The notes beneath the pieces are model-generated. The model did no database searches. It was not told the origin of the DNA and was given only the letters and a program-made list of their open reading frames with translations. From Synechococcus sp. UW140 (GTDB lineage: Bacteria; Cyanobacteriota; Cyanobacteriia; PCC-6307; Cyanobiaceae): 64,000 nt of DNA. This document shows, in pieces, positions 19,728-28,034 of the stretch. The first letter of the stretch is position 1. Every line of letters begins with the position of its first letter. Made by a program: the position numbers and the translations under genes. The DNA lies in the NCBI GenBank assembly GCA_943369595.1, contig CALRNU020000009.1:26346-90345 (forward strand), given 5' to 3'.

Positions 19728-20109
19728 AACTGAACTTCGCGATCGCGAGGCCCTGGTGGCAGCCCTGCGGGACCTGGGCCAAGACCCCAGGGAGGGTAGT
19801 CAGCCAGTGCGCGGCCACCGGGGTCAAACGGTAACGGCAGAGCTTTGTTGCCCCCAGGTAGATGGGGCAGACATCGGCTTCCGCTGGAACAGCAATGAGC
19901 AACGCTATGAATTGGTAAGTGACCTGGAGCTCTGGAACCAGCCGGTGCCAGTGGAGCGTTTTCTTGCCCAGTTGACCCAGAGATATGCCTTGCAATCAAT
20001 CCTGGCCAGCACAGCGGCAGAGGGTTTCCAAGTGAGTGAGCAGCAAAACAGCGCCGATGGCAGCATTGAACTGGTGGTAACCCGCTGGCACGACCCTGGT
20101 GAGCGTTGA
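19705..20109 (+). CDS. DUF1257 (Ycf35-like) protein
   Basis: ATG at 19705 gives MSHFSTVKTELRDREALVAALRDLG..., the characteristic DUF1257 N-terminus. The track ORF starting at 19501 is an upstream extension. Confidence 0.75.
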   Translation: MSHFSTVKTELRDREALVAALRDLGQDPREGSQPVRGHRGQTVTAELCCPQVDGADIGFRWNSNEQRYELVSDLELWNQPVPVERFLAQLTQRYALQSILASTAAEGFQVSEQQNSADGSIELVVTRWHDPGER

Positions 20110-20479
20110 TCCAGCCATTGCCTTCCAGGCGTTGCCGGCCCCAGGCCCCGGCCACCGGCGCAGCGGCCTAGAACCACTACTGGGCGGAGCCCTGCGGGAA
20201 CAGGCCGTTTGGGTGGATGAAGCGGTGTGCATCGGCTGCCGCTATTGCGCCCACGTGGCCAGCAATACTTTTTTGGTGGAGCCCACCTATGGCCGCTCCC
20301 GGGTGATCCGCCAGGACGGTGACAGCACTGAACGGATTCAGGAGGCCATTGATACTTGCCCAGTGGATTGCATCCATTGGGTGGCTTTTACCCAGCTGCC
20401 AGCCCTAAGGGAGCAGTTGGAGGGCCAGGAATTGCTTCCCCTGGGCCTGCCCAGCGCGACTCGACCAAGGCGCGGTTAA
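20099..20479 (+). CDS. Ferredoxin-like iron-sulfur protein
   Basis: CIGCRYCAHVASNTF...IDTCPVDCIHWV cysteine pattern. The GTG start overlaps the DUF1257 stop. Confidence 0.8.
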   Translation: MSVDPAIAFQALPAPGPGHRRSGLEPLLGGALREQAVWVDEAVCIGCRYCAHVASNTFLVEPTYGRSRVIRQDGDSTERIQEAIDTCPVDCIHWVAFTQLPALREQLEGQELLPLGLPSATRPRRG

Positions 20480-20484
20480 TCCCC

Positions 20485-21699
20485 ATGGCAATTCCCTGCC
20501 GTCGATTTGGGCGCACGGAGTTGCCCATGCCGCTGCTCAGCCTTGGCGGCATGCGTTTTCAGCAGAGCTGGAGTGAGTTAACGGCTGATCAGCTCACGGT
20601 TGCAAGCCAGGCAAATCTGGAGGCCACCTTGGCGGCGGCGGTGGCGGCTGGCATGCACCACGTGGAAACCGCCCGCCACTACGGCAGTTCCGAACTTCAA
20701 TTGGGCAAGGCTTTGCGCCGCTTTGCTGATCCCAAGCGAATTCTTCAAACTAAGTTGCCGCCCCAGGAGGATGCGGCCCTGTTTGAGGCGCAACTGGAAC
20801 GTAGTTTCGAAGCCCTGGGGGTCCAGCGGGTGGACCTCTTGGCGGTCCATGGCCTAAATCTGCCGGAACATTTGGAGCAGACCCTGCGGCCGGGGGGCTG
20901 TATCGAGGTACTTCAGCGTTGGCGAGCTGATGGTTGCATTGGTCATCTGGGCTTTTCCACCCATGCCCCCACAGACCTAATTGTGGCGGCGGTGGAAAGC
21001 GACGCTTTTGATTTTTTGAATCTGCATTGGTATTTCATTCGCCAGGAAAATCAGCCGGCCCTGGAGGCCGCCCGGCGCCGGGATATGGGCGTCTTTCTGA
21101 TCAGCCCCACCGATAAGGGGGGCCACCTGCATAGCCCCTCGAAGCGGCTTGAAACCCTTTGCTCCCCCTTACATCCAATTGTTTTTAACGATCTTTTCTG
21201 CCTGAGCTCGCCCCTGGTTCACACGATCAGCGTTGGGGCGGCCCGCCCTGGGGACCTGGATCTGCATCTGCAGGCGGTGGGGATGCTGGATCAGGCGGAA
21301 CAGCTACTGCCAGCGGTGATTGAACGGCTGGACCGGGGCCTGGAGGAAAGGTTGGGGCGCCCCTGGCTCGATAGTTGGCAGCAGGGACTGCCCCCCTGGC
21401 AGGAGACCCCAGGGCAGATAAATCTCCCCCTATTGCTGTGGCTTTACAACCTGCTGCAGGGTTGGGAACTGGAGAGTTATTGCCGGGCCCGCTATGGCTT
21501 GCTGGGTAATGGGGGCCATTGGTTTCCTGGGCGCAATGCCAATGGCTTCGGCGCTGACCCCACCACTGAGGGGGCAGTTACTGAAGAGCAACTTTTAGCG
21601 GTGTTAGACCAGAGTCCCTGGAGGCAGCGGATCCCAGGGATTTTGCGGGAGTTAAGGCAACAATTCTCTGGCGAAGAACTGCAGCGGCTCAGTAATTAA
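20485..21699 (+). CDS. Aldo/keto reductase family oxidoreductase (~400-aa cyanobacterial type)
   Basis: ATG at 20485 (MAIPCRRFGRTELPMPLLSLGGMRF...). AKR-like HVETARHYGSSE and LGFSTH. Starts 5 nt after the ferredoxin gene stop. Confidence 0.83.
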   Translation: MAIPCRRFGRTELPMPLLSLGGMRFQQSWSELTADQLTVASQANLEATLAAAVAAGMHHVETARHYGSSELQLGKALRRFADPKRILQTKLPPQEDAALFEAQLERSFEALGVQRVDLLAVHGLNLPEHLEQTLRPGGCIEVLQRWRADGCIGHLGFSTHAPTDLIVAAVESDAFDFLNLHWYFIRQENQPALEAARRRDMGVFLISPTDKGGHLHSPSKRLETLCSPLHPIVFNDLFCLSSPLVHTISVGAARPGDLDLHLQAVGMLDQAEQLLPAVIERLDRGLEERLGRPWLDSWQQGLPPWQETPGQINLPLLLWLYNLLQGWELESYCRARYGLLGNGGHWFPGRNANGFGADPTTEGAVTEEQLLAVLDQSPWRQRIPGILRELRQQFSGEELQRLSN

Positions 21700-21743
21700 C
21701 AAGCCTACTAATTATTAGTACTACTAATTGTTATTCCTGCTGA

Positions 21744-22427
21744 TTAGGCACTGGCTTGTTGGCCCAGGGGTTGCTTGGCCGGTATCCCCACGGCGCGGGG
21801 ATAGCTACTGGGGCAGGGGGCCTGGGGGGTGAGCGGGATCCCATGGCGCTGGCCCCGGCCCCGGGGTAGGTCCAGGGCGCGGGCTTCCCCCACCTGGGCC
21901 TTCAGCAGCAGGGCGGCCCGAGCCAACTGCTCGGCATCTTCGCTACTCCATTGGCCCCGATAGAGCAGGGCAGTGCCGGAGCTAGTTAGGAGGGGTACCA
22001 GGTATTCGGCCACCACCGGTGCCGCTGCCACCGCCCGGGCCACCGCCAGCTGAAAGCGGCCGCGGCAGGCCTTTTCCCTCCCACTTTTCTCAGCCCGTTC
22101 ACAGCGCAGCTGCACCCGCTCGCCCAGGCCTAGCTCTTGGGCCATGGCGCCCACGGCCTCTAACTTGCGGCCCACGGAATCCACCAGGGTCAGTTGGGCC
22201 TTGGGCAGGGCAATGGCGATGGCCAGCCCTGGGAAGCCACCGCCGGTGCCCACATCGATCACCGAAAGTTCGGCGTTGGGGTTCGTTAGCCAGGGTTGGA
22301 GGGGCCAGAGGCTGTCAAATACCTGGCCGATCCAGTAGTCATCGCCCTCCACCAGCCGGGTGAGGTTGAGCCGACTGTTCCAGTGGCGCAACAACTCCTG
22401 CAGTTGCCCAAATTGGCTGGCCTGCAA
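21744..22427 (-). CDS. rsmG: 16S rRNA (guanine527-N7)-methyltransferase RsmG
   Basis: NLTRL..., [21 protein letters not shown]-binding motif. The track start is a TTG, and the frame stays open upstream (..[16 protein letters not shown]), so the real start may be further upstream. Confidence 0.85.
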   Translation of the reverse strand: MQASQFGQLQELLRHWNSRLNLTRLVEGDDYWIGQVFDSLWPLQPWLTNPNAELSVIDVGTGGGFPGLAIAIALPKAQLTLVDSVGRKLEAVGAMAQELGLGERVQLRCERAEKSGREKACRGRFQLAVARAVAAAPVVAEYLVPLLTSSGTALLYRGQWSSEDAEQLARAALLLKAQVGEARALDLPRGRGQRHGIPLTPQAPCPSSYPRAVGIPAKQPLGQQASA

Positions 22428-22486
22428 GGCGTTGGGCTGCCAGCCCAGCAGATCCCAGGGGAGGTGGTCGGTCAGGGCACTAAGGC

Positions 22487-22939
22487 TTGGTCTCCCTAGG
22501 ATCGCAAGCCAGTGGACCCCTTAGCCCCTTGGCTGCCCCAGCCCCCAGCCTCTATGAGCTCCTAGAGGTGTCGGCGGATGCCAGCCCTGGCCAGCTGCGC
22601 GCCGCCTTCCGTCAGCTAAGCAAACGCTTCCATCCAGATACCACCACCTTGCCCCAGGCCGAAGCCAGTCGCTGCTTCCGCCAGTTGCAGGAGGCGATGG
22701 CGGTGTTGGCTGATCCCGAACAAAGGCGCCTTTACGACGCCAGCCTGGGGGCGCCGCCAGCTCCCGTGCCCCCGGTCGGGCGGCCCGCCAAGGATCCGCC
22801 CCAGCGCCGGGAGCTTTCCGGCGGCGAATGGTTTGCCCTGGTGCTACTGGGTGGGGCCTTGTTGTTCAGCTTGGCCTTGGGGCTGGGCCTGGCATGGTGG
22901 CGGGGCATGGCGTTGTTGCACGATGCTCCCCAGCTCTGA
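22487..22939 (+). CDS. J-domain (DnaJ-like) protein with a C-terminal transmembrane helix
   Basis: [31 protein letters not shown] (HPD motif), followed by a hydrophobic [23 protein letters not shown]. Start is TTG and uncertain. Confidence 0.75.
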   Translation: MVSLGSQASGPLSPLAAPAPSLYELLEVSADASPGQLRAAFRQLSKRFHPDTTTLPQAEASRCFRQLQEAMAVLADPEQRRLYDASLGAPPAPVPPVGRPAKDPPQRRELSGGEWFALVLLGGALLFSLALGLGLAWWRGMALLHDAPQL

Positions 22940-23183
22940 TACGCCGCTCTATGGCCACCCCCTACCGGCCCTGGAGCAGTGGTTGTTAACCACGGGATTT
23001 GAACGGGATGAGGGGGATCCCAGTAGTTGGCATTTGCATTTGGCCCAGTGGTCAGCGCAGCTCCACCTCCAAGCCGATGGGCTGAAAGTTATCTGGACCA
23101 GGGGGGAGCAGGCCACCAGCCGACATTTTTCCTACGGCCTCAGCCGGGCCGACATGGAGGCGGCGCTGTTGGCGGGACCCTAG
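22923..23183 (+). CDS. DUF3143-family conserved cyanobacterial protein
   Basis: ATG at 22923: [21 protein letters not shown]...FSYGLSRADMEAALLAGP resembles the DUF3143 pattern as I recall it (PLY.HPLP..E.WL ... Y.LSR.D.E.A...GP). Confidence 0.6.
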   Translation: MLPSSDTPLYGHPLPALEQWLLTTGFERDEGDPSSWHLHLAQWSAQLHLQADGLKVIWTRGEQATSRHFSYGLSRADMEAALLAGP

Positions 23184-24487
23184 AGGGCGGCCAATCCCTG
23201 GGCCAGCAGCTCGTAGGAGCGTTGAAGTTCAGCGGCGCTGATGCATAGGGGTGGCATCAGATAAACCACCGAACCAAGGGGTCGCAGAAATAGGCCGCCG
23301 GCAAGGCAGTGCCGTTGTAAATCAAGGCCAATCGTTTGCAGGTACCCGCTGGGGCCCTGCAGTTCGAAGGCCGCCACAGTGCCCAGCAGCCGAGGCCTTT
23401 GGGCCAGAGGCTGGCTAGCCACCAGCCCTTCCAGCAGGGGCCGGTGCCAGTTCTCCAGTTGCTGGTAGCGCTGGGGAAATTCCTCCAGTACATCAAGGCT
23501 GGCATTGGCGGCAGCACAGCCGAGAGGATTGGCCGTGAAGCTGTGGCCATGGAAAAAGGTGCGCTCCGCTTCCGGACCAACAAAGCCCTGATACAACTCC
23601 TCGGTGGCAAGGGTGCCACCCATGGGTAAAAAGCCACCGGTGAGCCCTTTGGATAGGGCCACTAGGTCGGGATAGAGACCCGCCCGCCGGCAAGCAAACA
23701 GCTCCCCGCTGCGGCCAAAGCCAGTCATCACTTCATCGGCTATCAATAGGGCCCCTGCGGCCCGCACCCGTTCTTGCACCGCCCCTAAGAAGGCGGGTCG
23801 CACCAGGGCCATGCCGCCAGCCCCCTGCAGTAAAGGCTCAAGGATCACCGCCGCCGTGGGGGTTTCCAGCAACTGCTCAAGCACTGCTAGGGCCGCCGCC
23901 TCCCGCTGCTCGATGCTGTTATCAGCCCACCAGGTGCTGGGCCAAGGGGCCCGGGCCACCGCAAATAGCAGCGGTTCAAAGGGGGCTGAAAATAGGCCCC
24001 TGGCCCCCACGGCCATCGCCCCGAAGGTGTCGCCGTGATAAGCCCCTTCAAAGGCAATGATTTGGCGCCTCTGGGGATCCAGCCGTTGCCAGTGTTGCCA
24101 AGCAATTTTTAAAGCCACCTCCACCGCGGTGGAGCCGTTGTCGGAAAAGAAGAGACGGTTGAGGCCTGGTTCGCCGTTGGGGCCCGCCGGCCAGAGGGCA
24201 CAGAGCCGCTCGGCCAGCAGCTCCGCCGGCCGATGGCGGAAGTTGGCAAAGATCACCTGTTCCAGCTCCAGGGCCTGGGCGGCGATGGCGGCCGCCACGC
24301 GGGGTTCCCCATGGCCATGGAGGGTCACCCACCAGCTGCTGATGCCATCGATCAGGCGCCGGCCGTCTTCCAGCTCCAGCCAGATGCCCTGGCCGCGGCG
24401 CACCGCCAAGGGGGCTGGCCCCCGCCCCGGTTGGTTGAAAGGGTGCCAGAGGTGCGGATGCCAGCCGGGGGTTTGGGAATCAGCCAT
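23180..24487 (-). CDS. bioA: Adenosylmethionine-8-amino-7-oxononanoate aminotransferase
   Basis: Class-III aminotransferase with BioA-like blocks (SSWWVTLHGH, DEVMTGFGRSG, LSKGLTGG). I chose the ATG at 24487 (MADSQTPGWHPHLWHPF). It overlaps the fumC stop as ATGGCTGA. Confidence 0.92.
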   Translation of the reverse strand: MADSQTPGWHPHLWHPFNQPGRGPAPLAVRRGQGIWLELEDGRRLIDGISSWWVTLHGHGEPRVAAAIAAQALELEQVIFANFRHRPAELLAERLCALWPAGPNGEPGLNRLFFSDNGSTAVEVALKIAWQHWQRLDPQRRQIIAFEGAYHGDTFGAMAVGARGLFSAPFEPLLFAVARAPWPSTWWADNSIEQREAAALAVLEQLLETPTAAVILEPLLQGAGGMALVRPAFLGAVQERVRAAGALLIADEVMTGFGRSGELFACRRAGLYPDLVALSKGLTGGFLPMGGTLATEELYQGFVGPEAERTFFHGHSFTANPLGCAAANASLDVLEEFPQRYQQLENWHRPLLEGLVASQPLAQRPRLLGTVAAFELQGPSGYLQTIGLDLQRHCLAGGLFLRPLGSVVYLMPPLCISAAELQRSYELLAQGLAAL

Positions 24488-25880
24488 GGGGTCGGGCCAT
24501 CTGGCTGGCGTCCACTGATTTGTCAAAGGCTTCGGCGCTGATGGCATCGAGGGCTAGGGCTGCCTCCCGCAGGCTTAGGCCTTCCTTATGGGCGTGGAGG
24601 GCGATTTTGGCGGCGCGGTCGTAGCCGATTACCGGGGCGAGCGCTGTCACCAGCATTAGGGATTGGTCCCTCAATTGTTCGATCTTGCGGTTATTCACCT
24701 GCATCCCCTCCACCAGGTGTTCCCGCAGGGAGTGGCAGCAGTCGGTGAGTAGGGCGCCGCTCTGCAGCAGGTTGAGCCCCAGCAGTGGTTTGTATACGTT
24801 CATTTGCAGGTGACCACCGCTGCCGCCGATGGCCACGGCCTGGTCGTAACCAATGATCTGGGCGGTGGCCATGGCCACGGCTTCGCATTGGGTGGGATTC
24901 ACTTTGCCGGGCATGATCGAGCTGCCTGGTTCATTGGCAGGCAGCAGCAATTCGCCAAGGCCAGCCCTGGGGCCGCAGGCCAGCAGGCGAATGTCATTAA
25001 CGATTTTGTGAAGGGCCCCGGCCAGTAGGCGCAGCCTGGCCATTTGCTGCACCAGGCCGTCGTGGCTGCCCATCAGGGCAAAACGGTTGCCGTCGCAGCG
25101 CCAGGTCACTCCATCCCATTCACTCAATAAACGGCAGGCCTCCTCGGCGAAGCCGGCCGGAGCCCCCAGGCCGGTGCCCACGGCGGTGCCCCCCAGGGGC
25201 AACATTCTTAGTTCTTCAAAACCGGCGGCGATCCGCTCCCCCGCAGTGGTTAGTTGGGCGGCCCAGCCCCCCAACTCCTGGCCAAGGCTGAGGGGCACGG
25301 CGTCCTGCAGGTGGGTGCGGCCGATTTTCACCACATCGCCCCAGAGGCTGGCCTTGGTTTCAAGGCTCAGCACTAGGGCCCGCAGGGCAGGCAGTAACTG
25401 CAGCCGTTGTTGGTGTTCGGCGGCGAGCTGGATGGCACTGGGGAAGACGTCGTTGGTGCTTTGGCTGCGATTTACATGGTCATTGGGGTGCACGGTGGCC
25501 TTTGAGCCCCTTGGCTGGCCTGCCAGTTCGCAGGCCCGGTTGGCGATCACCTCGTTGAGGTTCATGTTTGTTTGGGTGCCGCTGCCGCTCTGCCAGGTAG
25601 ACAAAGGAAATTCAGCATCGAGCTGGCCCTGCTCCACCTCCTCGGCCGCTTGGCTTATCCAGCGGCAGCGGTGGGCATCCAGTTGGCCAAGGCCGTGGTT
25701 GGCCAGGGCGGCGGCCCGTTTGATCCTGGCGATGCTATGGATGAGGGCCAGGGGCATGGGCTCCTGCCCCAGCCGGAACATCTGGCGGGCCCGCTCTGTT
25801 TGGGCTCCCCAGTAGCGATCAGCAGGAACGGACATCTCGCCAAGGCTGTCGGATTCGGTGCGGAAAGCCTGATCAACCAT
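24480..25880 (-). CDS. fumC: Fumarate hydratase, class II
   Basis: 466 aa with the fumarate lyase signature GSSIMPGKVNPTQCEA and overall FumC collinearity. Confidence 0.95.
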   Translation of the reverse strand: MVDQAFRTESDSLGEMSVPADRYWGAQTERARQMFRLGQEPMPLALIHSIARIKRAAALANHGLGQLDAHRCRWISQAAEEVEQGQLDAEFPLSTWQSGSGTQTNMNLNEVIANRACELAGQPRGSKATVHPNDHVNRSQSTNDVFPSAIQLAAEHQQRLQLLPALRALVLSLETKASLWGDVVKIGRTHLQDAVPLSLGQELGGWAAQLTTAGERIAAGFEELRMLPLGGTAVGTGLGAPAGFAEEACRLLSEWDGVTWRCDGNRFALMGSHDGLVQQMARLRLLAGALHKIVNDIRLLACGPRAGLGELLLPANEPGSSIMPGKVNPTQCEAVAMATAQIIGYDQAVAIGGSGGHLQMNVYKPLLGLNLLQSGALLTDCCHSLREHLVEGMQVNNRKIEQLRDQSLMLVTALAPVIGYDRAAKIALHAHKEGLSLREAALALDAISAEAFDKSVDASQMARPHG

Positions 25881-25962
25881 GAAAGAAAAGAGTAAGGTTG
25901 CTACTTCTTAACCAGGGTCTCCTAGCACTGGATGACTCTGTGTTGTTCCTTCGGGTCCAGCG

Positions 25963-26463
25963 ATGCTCGAGCACTTGCTCCCCCCGCTAAACGACCACAA
26001 TTTGCCCTGGATGGATACCATCCATCCGATCGTGGTGCACTTTGTCATTGCGATGGCATTGATCACTGTTGTTTTTGATTTCATTGGGGCCGTCACTGGC
26101 CGCAGAAGCCTGTTTGAGGTGGGTTGGTGGAACCTGCTTTTTGCCACCGCGGCTATTTTTGTTGCAATTATTTTTGGACAGGTGGAGGCTGGCTTGGCAA
26201 ATCCCTATGGGGCTTCCCGAGAAATCCTCAACATTCACAGCACCATTGGTTGGTCTTTGGCCGGCATACTTTCTGTCCTTACCGGCTGGCGCTATGTGTT
26301 GCGCAGTCAAGATCCGTTGAACCTGCCCCTAGCTTTTCTTGGGGCTGATGCATTGTTGGCTGGCCTGGTGTTTCTGCAGGTATACCTTGGCGACAAGCTG
26401 ATCTGGATCTATGGCCTGCATACGGTCAAGGTGGTTTCAGCCATGCGGGAGGGCCTGCTGTGA
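25963..26463 (+). CDS. DUF2231-family integral membrane protein (copy 1)
   Basis: 166 aa with 4 predicted helices and IHPIVVHFVIAMALITVVFDF, typical of DUF2231. Its stop overlaps the start of the next gene (GTGA). Confidence 0.72.
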   Translation: MLEHLLPPLNDHNLPWMDTIHPIVVHFVIAMALITVVFDFIGAVTGRRSLFEVGWWNLLFATAAIFVAIIFGQVEAGLANPYGASREILNIHSTIGWSLAGILSVLTGWRYVLRSQDPLNLPLAFLGADALLAGLVFLQVYLGDKLIWIYGLHTVKVVSAMREGLL

Positions 26464-27098
26464 TTTCGCTGTTTATTTCTACATCTTTATTGAACTCTGA
26501 GAGCCCAATATTTCAGATTTCTAAGAGTTTGGGCGCCAATGAGCTTCCCTACAGCTTGCCAATCCACCCAAACCTGGTGCACTTAACCATAGGTTTGTTT
26601 GTTATAGCTATTGCCTTTGATTTTGCAGGGGCTTTTTACCCCCTTGAAAAACGGATTTTCCGTTTCCTTGCCCTACCGGTAACCCGGGCCGGTTTCCATG
26701 ATGTGGGTTGGTACAACCTGCTGGCCTGTGGGGTTATCAGCTTCTTCACCGTGGCGGCTGGTTTCTTCGAAATGCTTACGGCCGTCCCCCTGCCTGGGGT
26801 GATCAGCACCTTTGGTCTTGAGAGTTTCGCAACCATGCTTTGGCATGGGGTCGGTGGTGTTTTGATTTTATTTATGATCGTTCTGATGACCATTTGGAGG
26901 GGTTATCAACGCTTTGCTTGGCGTAAGGACATGGGTCGCCAGGTGCAATGGATTTATCTATTTGCTGGTGTTGTGATTATGGGCCTGCTTGCCTTGCATG
27001 GCACCTTGGGGGCTCAACTTGCCGCAGAGTTTGGTGTTCACATCACCGCAGACCAGCTCTTGGCTGCTGGTGCCAACCTTAAGGAGTCCCTGCCATGA
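26460..27098 (+). CDS. DUF2231-family integral membrane protein (copy 2)
   Basis: 212 aa. IHPNLVHLTIGLFVIAIAFDF parallels copy 1. GTG start. Its stop overlaps the ctaC start (ATGA). Confidence 0.68.
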   Translation: MISLFISTSLLNSESPIFQISKSLGANELPYSLPIHPNLVHLTIGLFVIAIAFDFAGAFYPLEKRIFRFLALPVTRAGFHDVGWYNLLACGVISFFTVAAGFFEMLTAVPLPGVISTFGLESFATMLWHGVGGVLILFMIVLMTIWRGYQRFAWRKDMGRQVQWIYLFAGVVIMGLLALHGTLGAQLAAEFGVHITADQLLAAGANLKESLP

Positions 27099-28030
27099 CA
27101 AGCTCCCCCAGCCGCATTAACTTCCCAGCCGTGGCAATCGTGAGCGCCTGGACAGGGGTGCTGGTGGTAATTAGTTTCTGGATGAGTCGCCAGGCGTACC
27201 ACTGGTTGCCGGTACAAGCCTCCACAGCTGCCCCATTGGTGGATGGATTATTCAGCTTCGAGACTGCCCTGGCCACCTTTGTGGTTTGTTGGGTGGTTTC
27301 GATTATCACCTGGGTGGTGCTGTTTAACAGGGCTGATAAATACGACATGAGTGATGCCGAGCCCATTGAAGGCAACATCCGTTTGGAAATTATCTGGACT
27401 GTGATTCCGGCACTTATTGTATTTGGCATCGCTTTCTATGCGGTGCGTGTCAACCAGCAATTGGCTGTGCTTGGTCCCATGGAGCACATTCACAGGGGAA
27501 GCCCCGTGGAAGAGGTGGGCGGTTATGTCGGTGATCGCTTACCTTCTGAAACCGTAGAGGTTATTGCTAGGCAGTGGTCTTGGGAGTTTCGATATCCCAA
27601 GGCCAATGTTAGTTCCACTGAGCTACATTTGCCCGTTGATAAGCCTGTCACCTTCAGGCTAGTTAGTGAGGATGTTATCCACGGTTTTTATGTACCTGCT
27701 TTTAGGCTGAAACAAGATATTATTCCTGGTCGGGCAATTGATTTCAATCTCACCCCCACCCGGGAGGGTCGCTATCGTTTGCGAGATTCTATGTATAGCG
27801 GCACCTGGTTTGCCACTAACCAGGCAGATGTAGTTGTCGAAAGTTCTAATGGTTTTCAGCATTGGTTAGAGCAGGCTGCCAGCCAGCCATTACAGCCTGG
27901 TCTTAGTGATGCCGTTCAGGAGTATGACCAGCGTCAGCAGGCCGGTGCCAAAGGTTGGGCCACGGTGCGTCCTGCCCCACGCCCCCAGGTGAATGTTCCC
28001 GGTTCCAATACCCTCCCGCACGAAGCCTGA
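27095..28030 (+). CDS. ctaC: Haem-copper oxidase subunit II lacking the CuA centre (ARTO / quinol-oxidase-like)
   Basis: Two N-terminal TM helices plus a cupredoxin domain (WSWEFRYP, VIHGFYVPAFRLKQDIIPG). At the CuA ligand positions H-x34-C-x-E-x-C-x3-H-x2-M, only the first His (H196) is kept. The others read D231, M233, S235, F239, N242. Confidence 0.85.
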   Translation: MTSSPSRINFPAVAIVSAWTGVLVVISFWMSRQAYHWLPVQASTAAPLVDGLFSFETALATFVVCWVVSIITWVVLFNRADKYDMSDAEPIEGNIRLEIIWTVIPALIVFGIAFYAVRVNQQLAVLGPMEHIHRGSPVEEVGGYVGDRLPSETVEVIARQWSWEFRYPKANVSSTELHLPVDKPVTFRLVSEDVIHGFYVPAFRLKQDIIPGRAIDFNLTPTREGRYRLRDSMYSGTWFATNQADVVVESSNGFQHWLEQAASQPLQPGLSDAVQEYDQRQQAGAKGWATVRPAPRPQVNVPGSNTLPHEA

Positions 28031-28034
28031 TCCC

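Noticed and set aside
25892-25904. GTAAGGTTGCTAC, upstream of the first DUF2231 gene, looked like an NtcA box.
   Set aside because: The spacer is 7 nt, not 8 (GTA-N7-TAC), so it does not fit the NtcA consensus.
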